Positions 35,464 through 48,790 of a stretch of DNA of 64,000 bases are shown here, in pieces (the stretch's first letter is position 1; each line of letters begins with the position of its first letter). This DNA comes from Phyllobates terribilis. Taxonomy: Eukaryota. A model generated the notes under the pieces. The model was given only the letters and a program-made list of their open reading frames with translations, was not told where the DNA came from and made no database searches. The stretch is from assembly GCF_046119375.1 (NCBI RefSeq), contig NW_027362762.1:667058001-667122000 (forward strand). Reading direction: 5' to 3'. Position numbers and translations under genes: made by a program.

Positions 35464-36659
35464 CTTTACACTCTTTCCTGCTCCCCAACATACAAGTACT
35501 GCACTTTCCAGGAGTTGTACTTTATTTATGGGACATATTTGGGATAAGAAGAAAGAATTTTGCTGCAGTTTTTATATTTAGTGTTTTATACACCGATATA
35601 TAAAATAATCCTAAATTATGCTACAATTATTTAGTTAACTAGCCATTACTGAAGTGTTAAAGAGAGCCTGACAGCTGACACTGGACTCAGCATAAATGAG
35701 TACACCCAACAGATTTGTTAGAAAACCTTTAGTTTCCTTTCAGAATCAAGATGTACAATATAATTTTTTTAAATTATGATACCGCGTTAGCCAGAAAAAT
35801 CAATGTAAATACTTTTATTCCCAAAAAGACAAAAATATTCTAAGAGTGATTCCCTTATTGGCTAAGCAGAAAACCGGAAAAATGATACTTGCAAGCTTTC
35901 TAATTAAGAGGCATATAACATGACAGCAGCAGATTAGACACTGGAAACCTGATGGCAGCTCACCTTTAACTTCCTAAGCTAATAGGGTTTTTCTAGTGTT
36001 AGGCTGAGTGCCCACGATTAGTGTTGAGCATTCCGATACTGAAATATCGGGTATCGGCCGATATTCGCGATATCAGAATTCCGATACTTAATTCCGATAC
36101 TTTTACAATATCGAATACCGGAATCGGAAGTTCCCATAATGCCTGCGCTCTGCAGTGTCTCTGAACGATGACAAGCTGGATGGCAGCGCTCAGCTGTGAT
36201 CCAGCCTGTCATCAGAATGCCATCCCAGCGTGGGAGAATTCTCCTGATTGTTTAAAAGCCGGCGCGCGGTAAAAAGCCGCCGGCTTTTAAACAATCACAC
36301 AGCCCCATACTGCTTCCCCGCAGCCTCCCACCCCGATCCTCCGCTCCCCTCGCCACCTCCCATCCCGATCGTAAGTTAGGACCGGGCGGGCAGGGCAGCA
36401 CCAAGGAGAGGGGAGCGAAGGACCCGGGCGGGGAAGCCGGCAGTGAAAAGACTTCACCGCCGGCTTTCCCGTTCTGTGCTGCGCTTTCCCGCCGGTTATT
36501 TCAAATGAACAGCTGAGGTATCAGGTGATGCCGATCAGCTGTTCATTTGAAGTCGCCGCGGTGCCCTCAGAGGGTTCATGTGAGTTCATGCTTGACTGCA
36601 TTGCATGAACTTTCCCACAGCCGCACAGGTCAGCCTCACCTCCCAGACCATCAGCCCGT

Positions 36660-36900
36660 CATGATTGGTGTGTGTGGGTGTCTGTGCGTGTGTCTGCGAG
36701 TGTGTGCGGTGTCTGTGCGGTGTCTGTGCGATGTCTGCGGGTGTGTGCGGGTGTCTGTGCCTGTGTCTGCGAGTGTGTGCGGTGTCTGTGCGGTGTCTGT
36801 GCGATGTCTGCGGGTGTGTGCGGTGTCTGTGCGGTGTCTGCGAGTGTGTGCGGTGTCTGTGCGGTGTCTGTGCGATGTCTGCGGGTGTGTGCGTGCAGGC
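36660..36900. repeat. GTGTCTGTGCG-type low-complexity repeat
   Basis: Visible short-period G/T/C repeat; explains the Cys/Val-rich ORFs. Confidence 0.9.
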
Positions 36901-38354
36901 AGACATAGGCCGATGTGACACTACTACTCCCATCGGCCTATGTCTGTCCCCCGTCCACTCGTGCCAGCAGGATCAGCTCGATGGGAGCAGTAGTTCCCAT
37001 CAGCCTGATCCTGCTATATAAATTGCCCTACTGTGTCCCCAATAAATTTTAAATACATGTCATTGGTGGCCAGTGGTTACCTAAAATAAATTAGTTTATA
37101 CATTACCTGTCCCCGCCGATCGCCACCTAAAATAAAGTAAAAACTAAAAAACTACACCTATACTCACCTAGACGCCTAATTCCCCGAAGCCATCGATCTC
37201 CTGTAATAAAATATAAAATAATAAACCACAACCTTATCCTTACCCCTCCGTAGTAGTCCACGAGTGTCCCACGAAGATCTCCAGTTCAGAGCAGCCACAC
37301 AGAATGTGACCGCTCTGAACCGCTGCCGCCGCTAGAATGAAGGGGCCGTAAAGCAGCCCCGTCATTCCATAAACGGGTTCGCCGGAGTTCAGGCAGCGCT
37401 GCTCCGGTTAGCTGCTTTACGGCCCCGCTGTATCGTGAGAAATTCCCACGGTACAGCAGTGCCGTAAAGGAGGTCTCCGGAGCAGCGCTGACTGAATGCA
37501 CTCCGGTGACCTCAGTCCGGGGCTCACGCTGCCGGGAGCGGACGTGTTCCCGGCAGCGTGAGCTTACAGCAGCCATGCACAGCTGTCACCATTTCCAGAT
37601 GTGACAGCTGTGCATGGGAGATCAGCGCAGGAACGTGGACAGGTAACTATTTTTTTTTAGTAAACTAAGAATTAAATAAAATGGTGTGTTTTATTTCAAA
37701 TAAATTATTTTTTTCTGGGTGTAGTGTGTGTTTTTTCTTTTTAACACTTTGTAGGTTAGTAATGGGGGTGTCTTATAGACGCCCATCATTACTAACCTGG
37801 GCTTCATGGCAGCTGGCGCTGACATGAACCCCAGCCCTATTACCCCCTGCCACCGCACCAGGGCAGCGTGGAAGAGCGAGGCTAAGTGCCAGAATTGGCG
37901 CATCCTATGGATGCGCCATTTCTGGGGCGGCTGACGGCTGGTGTTTCTAGCCTGGGAGGGGGCCAATATTCATGGCACCCTTCCTGGGCTATTAATATCA
38001 GCCCCCAGCTGTCTGCCTAGCCTTTGCTAGCTATTAAAATAGGGGGGACCCCACGTCATTTTTTTTGGGGGGTCCCCCATTTTAATAGCTAGTAAAGGCT
38101 AGGTATTCAGCTGGGGGCTGATATTAGTAGTCTGGGAAGCTCCGTGGGTATTACCCCCTTCCGAGGCTTCAAACATCTGCCCCAGCCGTCTGCTTAACCT
38201 CCGCTAGAGACTAAAATTATGGGGGATCCCACGCCAATTTTTTTTTTTTTAAATAAATCCTTTATTTTAACGCTAAATGACACTTGAGGAGTTAATAAAG
38301 ATGCAGTCCCTAAATTATTATTTATTTTTTAATTAATTTTTCCCAAAAATTTTG

Positions 38355-39400
38355 ACGTGGGCTTTGCCATATCTTTGTATGCCAGCCAGGCACAGCATCC
38401 AGCTTCTATGAACGCTCCATTTTTCGGGCTGGCTGCGGACTGCAATTTGCATCAGATGGGGCCCAGAAAGCTTGGGTCTCCCTGCGCTGCAGATTCCATC
38501 CCCCAGCTGCCTAGTTGTACCTGGCTGGACACAAAAATAGGGAGAAGCCCCACGTATTTTTTTTTTTAATTATTTCATGAAATTCATGAAATAATAAAGA
38601 AAAAAAGTGCTTCCCTATATTGTTGTGTCCGGCCAGGTACAAATAGGCAGCTGGTGGTTGGGCGCAGCCCGTTCCTGCCTGCTGTACCTGGCTGGTCACA
38701 AATATAGTGCGAAGCCCCACGTCAATTTTTTTTAAATTATTTCAGGAAATTCATGAAATAATTAAAAAAAAATTGATGTGGGGCTTCGCCCTATATTTGT
38801 GTCCAGCCAGGTACAGCAGGCAGGAACGGGCTGCCCCCAACCACCAGCTGCCTATTTGTACCTGGCCGGACACAACAATATAGGGAAGCCCTTTTTTTAA
38901 AAAATTATTTCATGAAATAATTAAAAAAAAATTGACGTGGAGCTTCGCACTATATTTGGGTCCAGCCAGGTACAGCAGGCAGGAACGGGCTGCCCCCAAC
39001 CACCAGCTGCCTATTTGTGCCTGGCCGGACACAACAATATAGGGAAGCCCTTTTTTTAAAAAATTATTTCATGAAATAATTAAAAAAAAATTGACGTGGA
39101 GCTTCGCACTATATTTGGGTCCAGCCAGGTACAGCAGGCAGGAACGGGCTGCCCCCAACCACCAGCTGCCTATTTGTACCTGGCCGGACACAACAATATA
39201 GGGAAGCCCTTTTTTTCTTAATTATTTCATGAATTTCATGAAATAATTTAAAAAAAAATACGTTGAGCTTCGCCCTATTTTTGAGTCCAGCCAGGTACAA
39301 CTAGGCAGCTAGGGGCTGGAATCTGCAGCGCAGGGAGGTCCAAGCTTTCTGGGCCCCATCCGCTGCAAATTGCAGTCCGCAGTCACCCCGGAAAATGGCG
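38355..39400. repeat. Imperfect palindrome with a 159-bp unit repeated in the right arm
   Basis: 38355-38790 mirrors 38790-39400; TTGACGTGG at 38932 and 39091; AATTATTTCATGAAATAATT palindromes at unit joints. Confidence 0.8.
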
Positions 39401-39589
39401 CGTTCATAGAAGCGCCATCTTCTGGCGCTGTACCCAACTCATCCAGGGCCCTGGTGCGGTGGCTCACTGGGTAATAAAGGGATTAAGGCCAGCTTGGCAT
39501 TATCAGCTGGCCCTAAGCCCGAAATTCATGGGGTCACGCCAATATTAGACATGACCACCATGAATTTCTAGTAAAGTATTTAAAAAAAA

Positions 39590-40590
39590 ACACAACACCC
39601 AGAATAAAGTCCTTTAATTGAAATAAAGACACAATTCTTTATTGTTCTAAATTAAACCATACTTACCGTCGCGCCCATTCCAGCTGAAGCCAACGATCTC
39701 CTGCAATAAAAGAAAAATAATAAACCAACATCATCCTTACCTTTCCATGGTTCCCAGGACAGCTTCAGCTCTGCTACATCGAGATGACAGGCTGGACCGC
39801 AGCAGAAAGCTGCCATCCAGCCTGTCATCCCGCAGACACTGAGAAGAGCAGGCATGCTTGCGCTCCTCAGTGTCTCTCTGTGACGGCATAAAGATGAGCC
39901 GAGGTCATGTCCAATGATCTCGGCTCACCTCATGCACGTCACTGACAGCGTGGGAAAATTCTCACGCTGAAGCGCTGAGTGCAGGAGAATTTTCCCACGC
40001 TGTCAGTGACGTGCATGAGGTGAGGTCATGTCCAATAAACTCGGCTCACCTCATGCACGTCACTGACAGCGTGGGAAAATTCTCCTGCACTCAGCGCTTC
40101 AGCGTGAGAATTCTCCCACGCTGTCAGTGACGTACATGAGGTGAGCTGAGTTCATTGGACATGACCTCACCTCATGCACGTCACTGACAGAGTGGGAAAA
40201 TTCTCACGCTGAAGCGCTGAGTGCAGGAGAATTCTCCCACGCTGTCAGTGACGTGCATGAGGTGAGCCGAGTTCATTGTCGGCTCATCTGGATGCCGTCA
40301 CAGAGAGACACTGAGGAGCGCAAGCAAGTCTGCGCTTCTCAGTGTCTGCGGGATGACAGGCTGGATGGCAGCTTTCTCCTGCGATCCAGCCTGTCATCTC
40401 GATGTAGCAGAGCTGGAGCCGTCCTGGGAACCATGGAAAGGTAAGGATGATGTTGGTTTATTATTTTTCTTTTATTGCAGGAGATCGTTGGCTTCAGCTG
40501 GAATGGGCGTGATGGTAAGTATGGTTTAATTTAGAACAATAAAGAATTGTGTGTTTATTTCAATTAAAGGACTTTATTCTGGGTGTTTGC
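39590..40590. repeat. ~1-kb imperfect palindrome with nested inverted repeats at its centre
   Basis: 39590-39900 is the reverse complement of ~40270-40590; central CACGCTGTCAGTGACGTGCATGAGGTGAG blocks alternate in orientation. Confidence 0.85.
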
Positions 40591-41114
40591 GTTTTTTTTT
40601 TAACTTTGACTATGGGGTTAGTAATGGGGGTGTCTTATAGACGCCTCTCCATTACCAGCCTGGGCTTAATGTCAGCTGGCATTATAAGCTGACATCAACC
40701 CCAGCCCTATTACCCCACTGCCACCGCTACAGGGCAGTGGGAAGAGCGAGGCTAAGTGCCAGAATTGGCGCATCCTATGGATGCGCCATTTCTGAGGCGG
40801 CTGACGGCTGGTGTTTCTAGCCTGGGAGGGGGCCAATATTCATGGCACCCTTCCTGGGCTATTAATATCAGCCCCCAGCTGTCTGCCTAGCCTTTGCTAG
40901 CTATTAAATTAGGGGGGACCCCACGTCATTTTTTTATGGGGGGTCCCCCATTTTAATAGCTAGTAAAGGCTATGTATTCAGCTGGGGGCTGATATTAGTA
41001 GCCCGGGAAGCTCCGTGGGTATTACCCCCTTCCCAGGCTTCAAACATCTGCCCCAGCTGTCTGCTTAAACTCCGCTAGAGACTAAAATTAAGGGGAACCC
41101 CACGCCAATTTTTT

Positions 41115-41690
41115 TTTAAATAAATCCTTTATTTTAACACTAAATGACAAGTACAGTAATCAACACTGTCACTGTACTTCTTATATATGTGACTGACATG
41201 TTTCTATCTATCTAATCTATGTATGATTCTCTATTCCTTCTATTCTAAATTGTCGGGTACAGATGCTGAATTGCCGGCCGGCTTTCTTAAAGAGACGGTG
41301 CATGAAAACACTATTATTTTTTTAAATAAATCCTTTACACTAAATGACAAGTACAGTAACCAACACTATCACTGTACTTCTTATATATGTGACTGACATG
41401 TTTCTATCTATCTAATCTATGTGTGAAGCTCTATTCTGTCTGTTATAAATTGTCAGGTACCGCTGCTGAATTGCCGGCCGGCTTTTTTAAAGAGACGGTG
41501 CATGAAAACACTATTATTTTTTTTAATAAATCCTTTACACTAAATGACAAGTACAGTAACCAGCACTGTCACTGTACTTCATATATATGTGACTGACATG
41601 TTTCTAACTATCTAATCTATGTGTGAAGCTCTATTCTTTCTGTTGTAAATTGTCGGGTACCGGTGTATGCGCTGATGAATTGCCGGCTTT
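41115..41690. repeat. ~200-bp tandem repeat, 3 copies
   Basis: TAAATAAATCCTTT..CACTAAATGACAAGTACAGTAA recurs at ~41120, 41325 and 41525. Confidence 0.85.
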
Positions 41691-42737
41691 TCGCATACAT
41701 TCTACATTATTCTTAGTTGTTTTACTTCATGTAGAATTAACCTACAAGGAAAGAAAGGGTTTATTTTCATTCCGATATTTGTGTCCCATTGACTTGCATT
41801 GGTTTCCGGTATCGGAATCGGCGATATCCGATACTTTTTGAGTATCGGTCCGATTCAATCCGATACGATATTTCCTGATATCTGAAGGTATCGCTCAACA
41901 CTACCCACGATGCGTTTTTCAAGTGTTTATGCTGCGGAATTTCCGCAGCATAAACGCTTCAAAAACGAATGGTAATCCGCCCCCCATGGTCCCCAATGAC
42001 AAGCCGCACTGTCAATGGCCATGCTGCGGATTTTTCCACAGTGTTTATGCTGCGCTCAAAAATCCGCAGCATGTCCATTAATTTTGCGGGAGCGCGGCGT
42101 AATCGCCGCCATTGACTTGCATTGAGACGCATATAATCCGTGTCAGTACATTTGTACTCACGGATTATATGCGTTTCAATGTGCGGATGGTACCCAAGTC
42201 TGGAGGAGAGGAGACTCCCATCCAGACCTGAGTACCATTGTACCTGTAAAAAAAGAATCAAATAACAAATAAAGATAATATACACCTTCCGACGGCCCCC
42301 GGTCTCCTTCCCTGTGCTTGCGGGCAGGACTGAAGGACCTGCGGTGATGTCACAGTCATGTGACCACAGGCCCTTCAGTGCACTGTCCCGCGATCAGCTG
42401 GCAGCCAGGAAAGAGCGCAGCTACACATGCCGGGCCATAGGAAGGTAAGTATAGGTTTATTTTTTTATTTTTAAACATTCTTATGGTTACACTATATAAA
42501 TCCATGCTGTTTGCATGGATTCATATAGTGTGACCTAGTTGTCAAGCACTTTCCAAGTGATGCTAATCGCCTGGAAAGCGCTTGTCAATCCGCATGCAGA
42601 AACGCATGTGATAACGCTTCAAATCCGCATGTATTTGGCAAGAAAAATGCATGTACAATCTGCATGCGTTTTTTCTACCAGGGAGATGCAGAAATGCTGC
42701 AGAAATTTTCTGCTTCATTTCTGCATAGTGGACACAT

Positions 42738-42884
42738 AGCTTTTATAAGGATCGAGCTTAGCGGTCCACCGCAAGGCGTCCTACCGCCAGTCCCAGCCCC
42801 TGTGCCTTGGGGTGCCTCCCCGATGCTCTTCACTGAGTGTCCCGGGGGCCCGAACCATTTCCTTTGAAAAAATTAAATGTCCAA
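42738..42884 (+). pseudogene. 18S rRNA fragment (V4 part only) in copy C-left
   Basis: Matches 6552-6699. Confidence 0.85.
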
Positions 42885-43084
42885 CCTACAGGTGGTGTAG
42901 CTTGCTTAACAGCTGGAATAATCCGCTGACTAGCAGACACTGCTACTAGGCACAAAGTATTTCCTGGGCTAGATGCAGTTAAAAATTTGTAATTAGATAC
43001 TCTCGTTGGATGCTGAGAAAGCATTCCATAGAGTCTCCTGGCACGCCATATATTATTCTCTTAAAAAGCTTGGGGTAGGGGTAC

Positions 43085-43857
43085 ACTAGCAGAAACTGCT
43101 CCAGTGGGCCAAACAATACATGAAGACTGACTTCAAAACTGTTTTGTTCACCGATGAGTGCCGTGCAACGCTCGATGGTCCAGATGGATGGAGTGGAGGA
43201 TGGCTGGTTGATGGACACCCCATGCAAACACGGCTACGGCGCCAACAAGGAGGAGGTGGAGTAATGTTTTGGGCTTGAATCATGGGGAGAGAGATTGTCG
43301 GCCCCTTTAGGATCCCTGAAGGGGTAAAGATGAACTCCATAATGTATGTGGAGTTTCTCAAACAGCACTTCCTGCCATGGTTCAAGAAGAAGAACCGGGT
43401 ATTCCGCAGCAAGATCATTTTCATGCATGATAATGCACCGTCTCATGCTGCACATAAGACATCTGCATCTCTGGCTGATATGTGCATAAAAGGGGACAAA
43501 CTTATGGTGTGACCCCCATGCTCCCCTGACCTCAACCCCATTGAGAACCTCTGGAGCATCATCAAAAGGAGTGTCTATGATGGCGGGAGGCAGTTCACAT
43601 CTAAGCAACAGCTCTGGGAGGGTATTCTGTCCTCATGCAAAGCAATTGAAGCAGAAACCATCCAAAACCTGACAAATTCAATGGACGAGAGAGTTCAGAA
43701 GCTCCTTTCGAACAAGGGGTCCTATGTGCAAATGTAACATCACCTAGAATAAAGTTTTGAGTTGAAAACTGTTTGATTTCAGTTTCCAATAACCTGCTAA
43801 TGCTTATAATTTCAAAAATGACCATTTTTTTGCTCTATATTAACTTGAAAAGGTTGA
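43085..43857 (+). mobile_element. Tc1 transposase 3' half (cargo in C-left)
   Basis: Same sequence as ~1485-2255; FTDEC, HDNAPSH, DLNPIENLW. Confidence 0.9.
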
Positions 43858-44019
43858 TCGAAGAGTGTGGGGGATCTAAGAGTGTGGCAACCCAGTAGTC
43901 AGGATTATTTCGAATTCTGACAATCTGAAGGTCATGTTGCAGGTAGTGCAGCAAGAAGGCACTCATGTGTCTTGCGCATCTATGAGCCCCAAAATTATTT
44001 TCCATGCTAGATGGAGCTA

Positions 44020-44480
44020 AACATTATTATTAATTTGAAAGCTGATGGAGTTTATTATAGATGGCCTAATAGAATCAGTACTACAAACTGCTACAAGGCC
44101 CAAATTATTTTCCAGCCAAGATACAGATAAACATGATTAGTAATTTGAAATCTGGTGGAGTTTAGTATAGATGGCCTAATAGAATCAGTACTGCACACTG
44201 CTACAAGGTCCAAATTATTTTCCAGCCAAGATACAGATAAACATGATTAGTAATTTGAAATCTGGTGGAGTTTAGTATAGATGGCCTAATAGAATCAGTA
44301 CTGCAAACTGCTACAAGGCCCAAATTATTTTCCAGCCAAGATACAGATAAACATGATTAGTAATTTGAAATCTGGTGGAGTTTAGTATAGATGGCCTAAT
44401 AGAATCAGTACTGCACACTGCTACAAGGCCCAAATTATTTTCCAGCCAAGATACAGATAAACATGATTAGTAATTTGAAA
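44020..44480. repeat. 110-bp repeat, ~4 copies, downstream of the C-left transposase
   Basis: GATGGCCTAAT at 44060, 44170, 44280 and 44390. Confidence 0.93.
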
Positions 44481-44524
44481 GCTTAAAATGGTTGGTGAGG
44501 TGATTTTAACAAATCATCAAGCTT

Positions 44525-47500
44525 TTACTCTCCCCAGGATGACACTGGGGTAGAAAAGTCGTTTCGGATCCATGATTTGTTCATCTTTGTGATCGTGAGT
44601 CTGTCTACATTATCAGTGGAGAGCCGCGTGCGCTTATCTGTCAGCACGCTGGCTGCGGGGCATGACAAGATCTCCAAGGCGTAAGTGGCGAGCTCCGGCC
44701 ATTTATCCAGATTGGAAGCCCAAAAAGAGCAAGGGTCCAGTGACACAGTCATGGCTTCAATGTTTACTTGGAGATACTCCTGTACCATCATCTCTAGGCG
44801 TTGACTATGTGTCAAACTTCTTGTCTCCTGTGGCATTGCAAAGTGGTGAAATGATTCCGCAAAATTGATGTTACCAGCAGATACTGTGTTTCTGTTACAT
44901 TTTGAGTGCTGAACACTCGACGGTCCCACTGTTGGCAAGTTGGAACTGTGAGATTCACTACGTGCACCACTAGTGTTTTGTGGAAAAGCACATGTAAGAT
45001 TCTGCAACAGTCTCTGCTGATACTCCTGCATGCGTGCATCTCTTTCTATGGCAGGAATAATTTCTGCAAATTTACTTTTGTACCGGGGATCTAACAGTGT
45101 GGCAACCCAGTAGTCAGGATTATTTCTAATTCTCACAATTCGAGGGTCATGTTGCAGGTAGTGCAGCAAGAAGGCACTCATGTGTCTTGCGCATCCAGGA
45201 GCACCAAGTCCCTGTTGTGTTGGTGGCGAGGTAACAATCATGCTTCCTTCCTCTGCCCTCTCCCCCCCAACCTCGCACAACAGAAATGTGATCAAGGTCT
45301 CCCTCATCTGATGAGTCTTCCATCAGTCGTCCTCCACTTCTTCTGGGCTCCTGCACCTTCCTCACTAGTTTGGCTGCTACCATGCGCCCTGGTAAAACTA
45401 TCTCCCCCACCCTCACATGCTTGCCGCCTTGGTGCTGCCGACCGTCTGGACCTTGCAGATGTTAGCCCTTCCGCATACAACTCCTCCTCCTCTACTTCCT
45501 CCACCTCCTCTTGTGCCACCACCTGCTCCGAATTCTGTTTAACCTGTGCTCCAGCATGTAAATCACCACAATAGTCATGCTGATAATGGCATCGTTAGCA
45601 CTAAACATCTTCGCCGCCATTTCAAAACTGTGCAGAAGGGTGCATAAGTTCCTGATCTGAGACCACTCCTCCATCGTGATTTGCCCCACCTCTGGATCTC
45701 GTTGGCCCAGGCTATACGTCAGAACTTATTGCACCAGGGCTTGTCGGTGCTGCCACAGTCGCTGCAACATGTGCAGAGTTGAATTCCACCGGTTAGGCAC
45801 ATCTCATTTTAGCCGGTGAAGTGGCAGGCCCAACGACTTCTGTAGAGATGTAAGTCGCTGAGCAGCGGGATGCGAACGGCGGAAGTGAGCACACAGCAAC
45901 CGTGCCCTCTGCAGAAGGCCATCTAGTCCGGGATAGTGGGCTAAAAATTGCTGGACAACCAGGTTCAACACGTGAGCCATACAAGGCACGTGTGTGACAT
46001 TGCCCTGGCGAAGGGCCGCACCCAAGTTTGCAGCATTGTCGCACAAGGCCTTCCCTGGTTTCAGGTCCAATGAAGACAACCATTCATGAAACTGGTTCTC
46101 CAGAGCTGACCACAACTCCTCAGCTGTGTGACTCACATTTCTCAGACATTTCAAAGTAAAAACTGCCTGATGACGTTGAGCCCTGCTGCCAGCATAGTAA
46201 GGAGGTGTGCAGGATCCCTTCTGCGCAGTTAGAAAGCTTGTGGCATGACCAGACAGGCTTTGGGTGCAGGTGGAGGACCGAGAGGAGGTTGAGGAGGCAG
46301 AAGCAGTGGAGGAACTTCGAGATAAAGAGGATTGATGCACAACTCGTGGGGACGGCAAGACTTGGACAGCAGCCCCTTGTCCTGCTGTCACCATAGTTAC
46401 CCAGTGCCCAGTCAGCGACATGTAACGCCCCTGTCCATGGCTACTCGTCCAAGTGTCTGTGGTGAAATGCACCCTGTCACACACAGAGTTTCTCAAAGAA
46501 GCGGTGATGTTGTGTGCGACATGCTGGTGGAGCGCAGGTACACCTTTCCTGGAGAAGTAGTGCCGACTGGGCATCTGGTACTGGGGCACTGCGACGGACA
46601 TAAGGTCTCGAAAATCCTCTGTGTGCACCAGGCAGAAATGCAGCATTTCTGTAGCCAAGAGCTTGCAGATGGTGAAATTCAACCTCTTAGCTTTCTCATG
46701 GCTAGGAGGAAATGGTCTTTTACTTGTCCACATCTGAGGGACTGAGGGCTGGCTGTTGTGCTTAGACGGAGTTGAGAAGGGTGTCCCCGGCAAACTGTCG
46801 GTCTGTGAGGAAGATGCAGGCGGACATGTTAGGTTGCCTTGATCCAAAGGTGGTGCTATCGATGTCGGACAGCGCTCAACACCAGCTGGTGTTTCCACCT
46901 CCAAATTAAATGATGACCTGCCAATCACGCTGGCTGTTGTGGGTAAAGAGGTGGCAGGTCTGCGTCCCAAAACAGGTGTGACTGCTGTCCCCCCAGTCAC
47001 AGAGGATGAAGAGGCCGCGGATGCACAAGATGGGGCAGACAGTGGCTGGCCCAGCCGGCTAGGCCGCATTGTAGCACAGTGAGCTTCCCACTGCAACTTA
47101 TGCTTCATATCCATGTGCTGGTTCATGCATGAAGTACTCAAACTATGTATTTTTTGGACTCTACTTAGCTTTTGCTGACAAATGTTACAGATAACACGAG
47201 TTGGGTCATCCTTATCGATCTGAAAAAATGCCCAGGCTATGCAAGGCTTAGCACCCATGCGACCTGAAGAGCCACCACGACTTGTGGTCAGAGGCAGAGT
47301 TGTGTTTGAGGATGCAGTTGTTGACGTGTTTCCAGTACTACGTCTCTGTCAAGGAAGGCACAACCTGACCTCGTCGTCACTAGCATCCTCCTCCACCTCC
47401 TCTGCTGACCTCATCGACTGGCTGACTGTGGGTTGACAGTAAGTGGGATCTCCAACCTCATCATCATCACCCTGTGTGTTATCACACCCGTCGTCCTCAG

Positions 47501-48170
47501 TGCCAACCTCTTCCTGCCCTGACAAAAAACTAAAGTTGTCGCTCCAATCAGGTATTTGAGTCTCATTATCATCTTCCTCATTGTCTCCACCAACAGGAGT
47601 TACAGTTTGGGAACGAGGGTCTACATTATGGTCAGAACCTTCTGCGTCTGGTCCTGGATCCGACTCATAAAGATTCTGCGCATCAGTGCAGATCATTTCC
47701 TCGTCTGGATTCACAGAAGCTCTGGAGCCGACCTCTGATTCCCAGGCTATAGTATGAGTAAACAGCTCTGCAGACTCAACCATCTGTTCTACCCCATACT
47801 CAGACGGGTAGCTGGAGACTTGGGAGCTGTGAAGAAGCAAGTGCGATTGGGGTGACACCTCTGAGGACTGGAGTATTTGTGATGTTGAAGTTGAGGTGGA
47901 GGAGAGCCCACTTAAAGGAGCACTTGATATCCGTTGAAGCGCTTGCTGTTTTTGTGCCTCATCTGGAATTTGTAGCGATTGGCGTGACCGTAAGAAAGGG
48001 ATCTTATCACATTGTCCGCTAAAAGAAGACATCTTAGTTTGGCTGGAAGATGGTCTTTCTTCTGCAGATGTTACTGTTGCTTTAACACCTACCCCACGGA
48101 CACAACCTTTTTTTCCCTTCCCAACACGCCTATTCCCCTTTCCACCAGCAGCAGGCCTTTTTCCACTCAT
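44525..48170 (-). pseudogene. hAT transposase of C-left, several frameshifts and deletions
   Basis: ORFs 47349-48170 (MSGKRPAAGG), 45804-47258 (BED, TTDTW, CDNAAN) and 44525-45307; the SERVFS segment is deleted. Confidence 0.93.
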
Positions 48171-48284
48171 TTTGGTGGTTAACTAATTGATAACTCTGGA
48201 GTTGTTTGCACAAAAAACAATGGATGGGAACCGAGCAGAGCTGAGTGGCCAAACCGTGGTATTAGCCCAAAAGTATTGGCTGGG

Positions 48285-48790
48285 TTAGATGCAGATAAAA
48301 ATGATTTTGAATTTGCAACCTGGTGGAGGTTAGTATAGATGGACTAATAGAACAAGTCCCACACACTGCTACAAGCCGAAATATTTTTTCAGAGCTAGAT
48401 GCAGATAAAAATTATATTGAATTTGCAACCTGGTGGAGGTTAGTATAGATGGACTAATAGAACAAGTCCCACACACTGCTACAAGCCGAAATATTTTTTC
48501 AGAGCTAGATGCAGATAAAAATTATATTGAATTTGCAACCTGGTGGAGGTTAGTATAGATGGACTAATAGAACAAGTCCCACACACTGCTACAAGCCGAA
48601 ATATTTTTTCAGAGCTACATGCAGATAAAAATTATTTTTAATTTGCAACCTGGTGGAGGTTAGTATAGATGGACTAATAGAACAAGTCCCACACACTGCT
48701 ACAAGCCGAAATATTTTTTCAGAGCTAGATGCAGATAAAAATTATATTGAACTTGCAACCTGGTGGAGGTTAGTATAGATGGACTAATAG
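48285..48790. repeat. 110-bp repeat, ~4.5 copies, upstream of the C-left transposase
   Basis: GATGGACTAATAGAAC at 48338, 48448 and onward. Confidence 0.93.

Larger units (their letters stand above)
36019..41903. mobile_element. Non-autonomous hAT element, 5885 bp
   Basis: Perfect TIR TAGTGTTGAGC / GCTCAACACTA; 8-bp TSD CCCACGAT at 36011-36018 and 41904-41911; CCGATA/TATCGG subterminal repeats; no transposase ORF. Confidence 0.95.
36002..42740. mobile_element. Harbinger-type MITE (~850 bp of its own sequence) interrupted by a 5.9-kb hAT
   Basis: TTA then GGCTGAGTGCCCAC at the left; GTGGACACATAGC at the right, fused to the 18S piece. Sequence rejoins across the hAT TSD. Confidence 0.65.
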
